Below, in pieces: positions 62,233 through 64,000 of a stretch of 64,000 bases of DNA (its first letter is position 1; every line of letters begins with the position of its first letter). The position numbers were made by a program, and so were the translations under genes. A model generated the notes under the pieces. The model ran no database searches, was not told the origin of the DNA, and was given only the letters and a program-made list of their open reading frames with translations. Origin of the DNA: a virus (taxonomy: Duplodnaviria; Caudoviricetes); IMG/VR virus record IMGVR_UViG_3300035498_000654, positions 18,703-82,702 of that record. One strand, given 5' to 3'.

Positions 62233-62606
62233 GGTCCGGTAGCTCAGCTGGATAGAGCAACAGTCTTTTGATTAATAGGAGCGTTTATGTGGAATATTCA
62301 AAAAGTTATAAGTAGTGATAATTATATCATAGTCAATTTTTGAATACAAATGAATTAATTTCATGGATTAACACATGAACTGAAGGACGCTATATCGGTG
62401 AACGTCTTAACATGTTATACGCAATATAATGATGAAGAAAACGCCGAGGGAACTTGCTTATAAGAGGCTCCGTAGAGACTTTACGCGTCCCACCTGAAAT
62501 GGTGAAGACAAAGTCCAGACTACAACAATATTAATAATATTGGCTATAGAAATATAGAGTAGCAAAGCTAAACTGTGGGTCATGAGTTCGAATCTCATCC
62601 GGATCA
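62233..62606 (+). tRNA. trnR: tRNA-Arg(TCT) interrupted by a group I intron (exons 62233-62267 and 62568-62606)
   Basis: Spliced anticodon arm acagt-CTT|CTAA-actgt, Arg-type D-loop ctggatagagc, acceptor ggtccgg/ccggatc. Confidence 0.88.
62268..62567 (+). ncRNA. Group I self-splicing intron, ORF-less, 300 nt
   Basis: P1 with U-G at the 5' splice site, P3 ggacgc/gcgtcc, P7 gactt/aagtc, P8 cacc/ggtg, terminal G. Confidence 0.85.
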
Positions 62607-62868
62607 CTAATTAAGTATGATGACAAATTTTAAACAATATGATATTATTCTTTTAAATAATGGTATCTATGGATTTATTGATAATATTGATACCAAAAAT
62701 AATATTGTATATCTAACAATAAATCCTATTAGTAGTCAAACAAGCAAATGTTATATATCTGATATAAAAGAAATAATTAAATCAGATTAATACGTTTAAT
62801 GATGCAATGACATGGATGTTTGACAATTTAAAAAATCAACCTCTAAAAATAGATTTAACATAATAATT

Positions 62869-63069
62869 ATGGATAATTGGATAGATGTTAATGATAGATT
62901 ACCTGAGCATGATGATTATGTACTTGTTGCTACTAAATATGGCGAAATGCAAGTTTGCTATTATAGCAAATACCAAAATACATGGTACATACATAATTAC
63001 AAAACAGGAATAGAATATGAGGTTCATTATGATATAAAATATTGGAGGAATCTACCAGAATTTAAATAA
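62869..63069 (+). CDS. DUF551-like small phage protein
   Basis: WIDVNDRLPE..VLVA..I.YWRNLPE pattern. Confidence 0.7.
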   Translation: MDNWIDVNDRLPEHDDYVLVATKYGEMQVCYYSKYQNTWYIHNYKTGIEYEVHYDIKYWRNLPEFK

Positions 63070-63149
63070 TATAAAAAATATTAGTACATTGACATTCTGT
63101 TAAAATTTTTAATTAGTTGTAATATACGATATAAAATAATACTACTATA

Positions 63150-63854
63150 ATGTTACCATTCACTTATAAACAATTTAAAGATTACATTTTTGCTATATAT
63201 TATCATACTGAAAGTGATATTTGTCAAGAAATTGAAAATATCATAAAAGATACATATAATGAAAATGTATTGATTGCTTTTAAGGAATATATTAATAGTA
63301 ACGTTTATAATTATAGCATTAATATCTTATATAATAATATTATTAAATTTCCAGAAAAACGAATTCATCAAATCATTGGTGCAGGTTTAAATGGTTTTGT
63401 CATTGATATGAATGATAAGGTTTGTAAAATATTTTATAATCCGATACCACAACTTGAAATTAATTTTTATAGTTATTGCAAATCACATAAATCTAATATA
63501 TTTCCATATGTATATCATCAGTATAAAAATTTGGTAATTTTGGAAAAACTAAATATGTATACCGATAAATGTAAATTATATGACAGTTATATATCATATC
63601 CATCAAAGAATACAATAGATGGTATATCAATGGAAGATTTAATATTAGATAGTCGTAAAATATGTGATAAACAAAAATATAAAAATATAATTCATAATCT
63701 TAATTATGAACAGATGAAAGTTTTTAGTTGGGGATATATATTATTAGATTCTTTAAAAGATGCAATAGGTGATGATACAAGTTTCTATGATATTAGATTA
63801 TCTAATATTGGTGAACGTATAAACACAGGTGAAATCATATTTTTTGATATATAA
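63150..63854 (+). CDS. Protein-kinase-fold hypothetical protein
   Basis: IIGAGLNGFV..VCKI, DIRLSNIG..IIFFDI. Confidence 0.5.
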   Translation: MLPFTYKQFKDYIFAIYYHTESDICQEIENIIKDTYNENVLIAFKEYINSNVYNYSINILYNNIIKFPEKRIHQIIGAGLNGFVIDMNDKVCKIFYNPIPQLEINFYSYCKSHKSNIFPYVYHQYKNLVILEKLNMYTDKCKLYDSYISYPSKNTIDGISMEDLILDSRKICDKQKYKNIIHNLNYEQMKVFSWGYILLDSLKDAIGDDTSFYDIRLSNIGERINTGEIIFFDI

Positions 63855-63855
63855 T

Positions 63856-63938
63856 GCGTCTGTGGTGGAATTGGAAGACACGGTTGATTTAGGCTCAGCT
63901 GCTTTACTTGCATATAGGTTCGAATCCTATCAGATGTA
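63856..63938 (+). tRNA. trnL: tRNA-Leu(TAG)
   Basis: gcgtctg/cagatgt acceptor, gttga-TTTAGGC-tcagc anticodon arm, long variable arm. Confidence 0.88.
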
Positions 63939-64000
63939 CTTAGACAATGTTTTTATTCATGCTATATATATTATAACACAGTAAATAAAAATACAATTCA

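Overview
Very AT-rich window from a T4-like jumbo phage, most consistent with a Lak-like megaphage infecting a Bacteroidota (Prevotella-type) host. The host and lineage are inferred. The genome uses genetic code 15 (TAG=Gln). At least 14 genes contain in-frame TAG codons and are split in, or missing from, the supplied ORF track, and a CUA-anticodon suppressor tRNA is present at 54064-54138. Recognisable genes include the major capsid protein (gp23-like), portal (gp20-like), tail terminator (gp15-like), head-completion nuclease (gp4-like), a probable terminase small subunit, holin-like proteins and several acidic putative head proteins rich in [ILV]-x-E motifs. Also present are an AAA+ ATPase, guanylate kinase, a DRB0094-type RNA ligase, a GT25 glycosyltransferase, a nuclease-helicase-methyltransferase R-M-like enzyme and two Hef-like homing endonucleases. 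RNA genes are five complete tRNAs (tRNA-Arg(TCT) is split by an intact group I intron) and a tmRNA. The most unusual items are: (i) four catalytically intact TnpB genes with conserved right ends/omega-RNA but no TnpA and no shared left end; (ii) a protein-free stand-alone omega-RNA at 43.7 kb fused directly to the 3' half of a group I intron and the 3' half of a tRNA-Leu whose 5' halves are absent from the window; (iii) a pair of ~450-500 bp non-coding inverted repeats with iteron-like arrays flanking a 3.2 kb membrane-protein cassette; and (iv) two paralogous C-type-lectin (DUF1566-like) genes, one with a DGR-variable-region-like tail and one interrupted at a G6 tract. All protein calls are by motif recognition only; no database searches were run.
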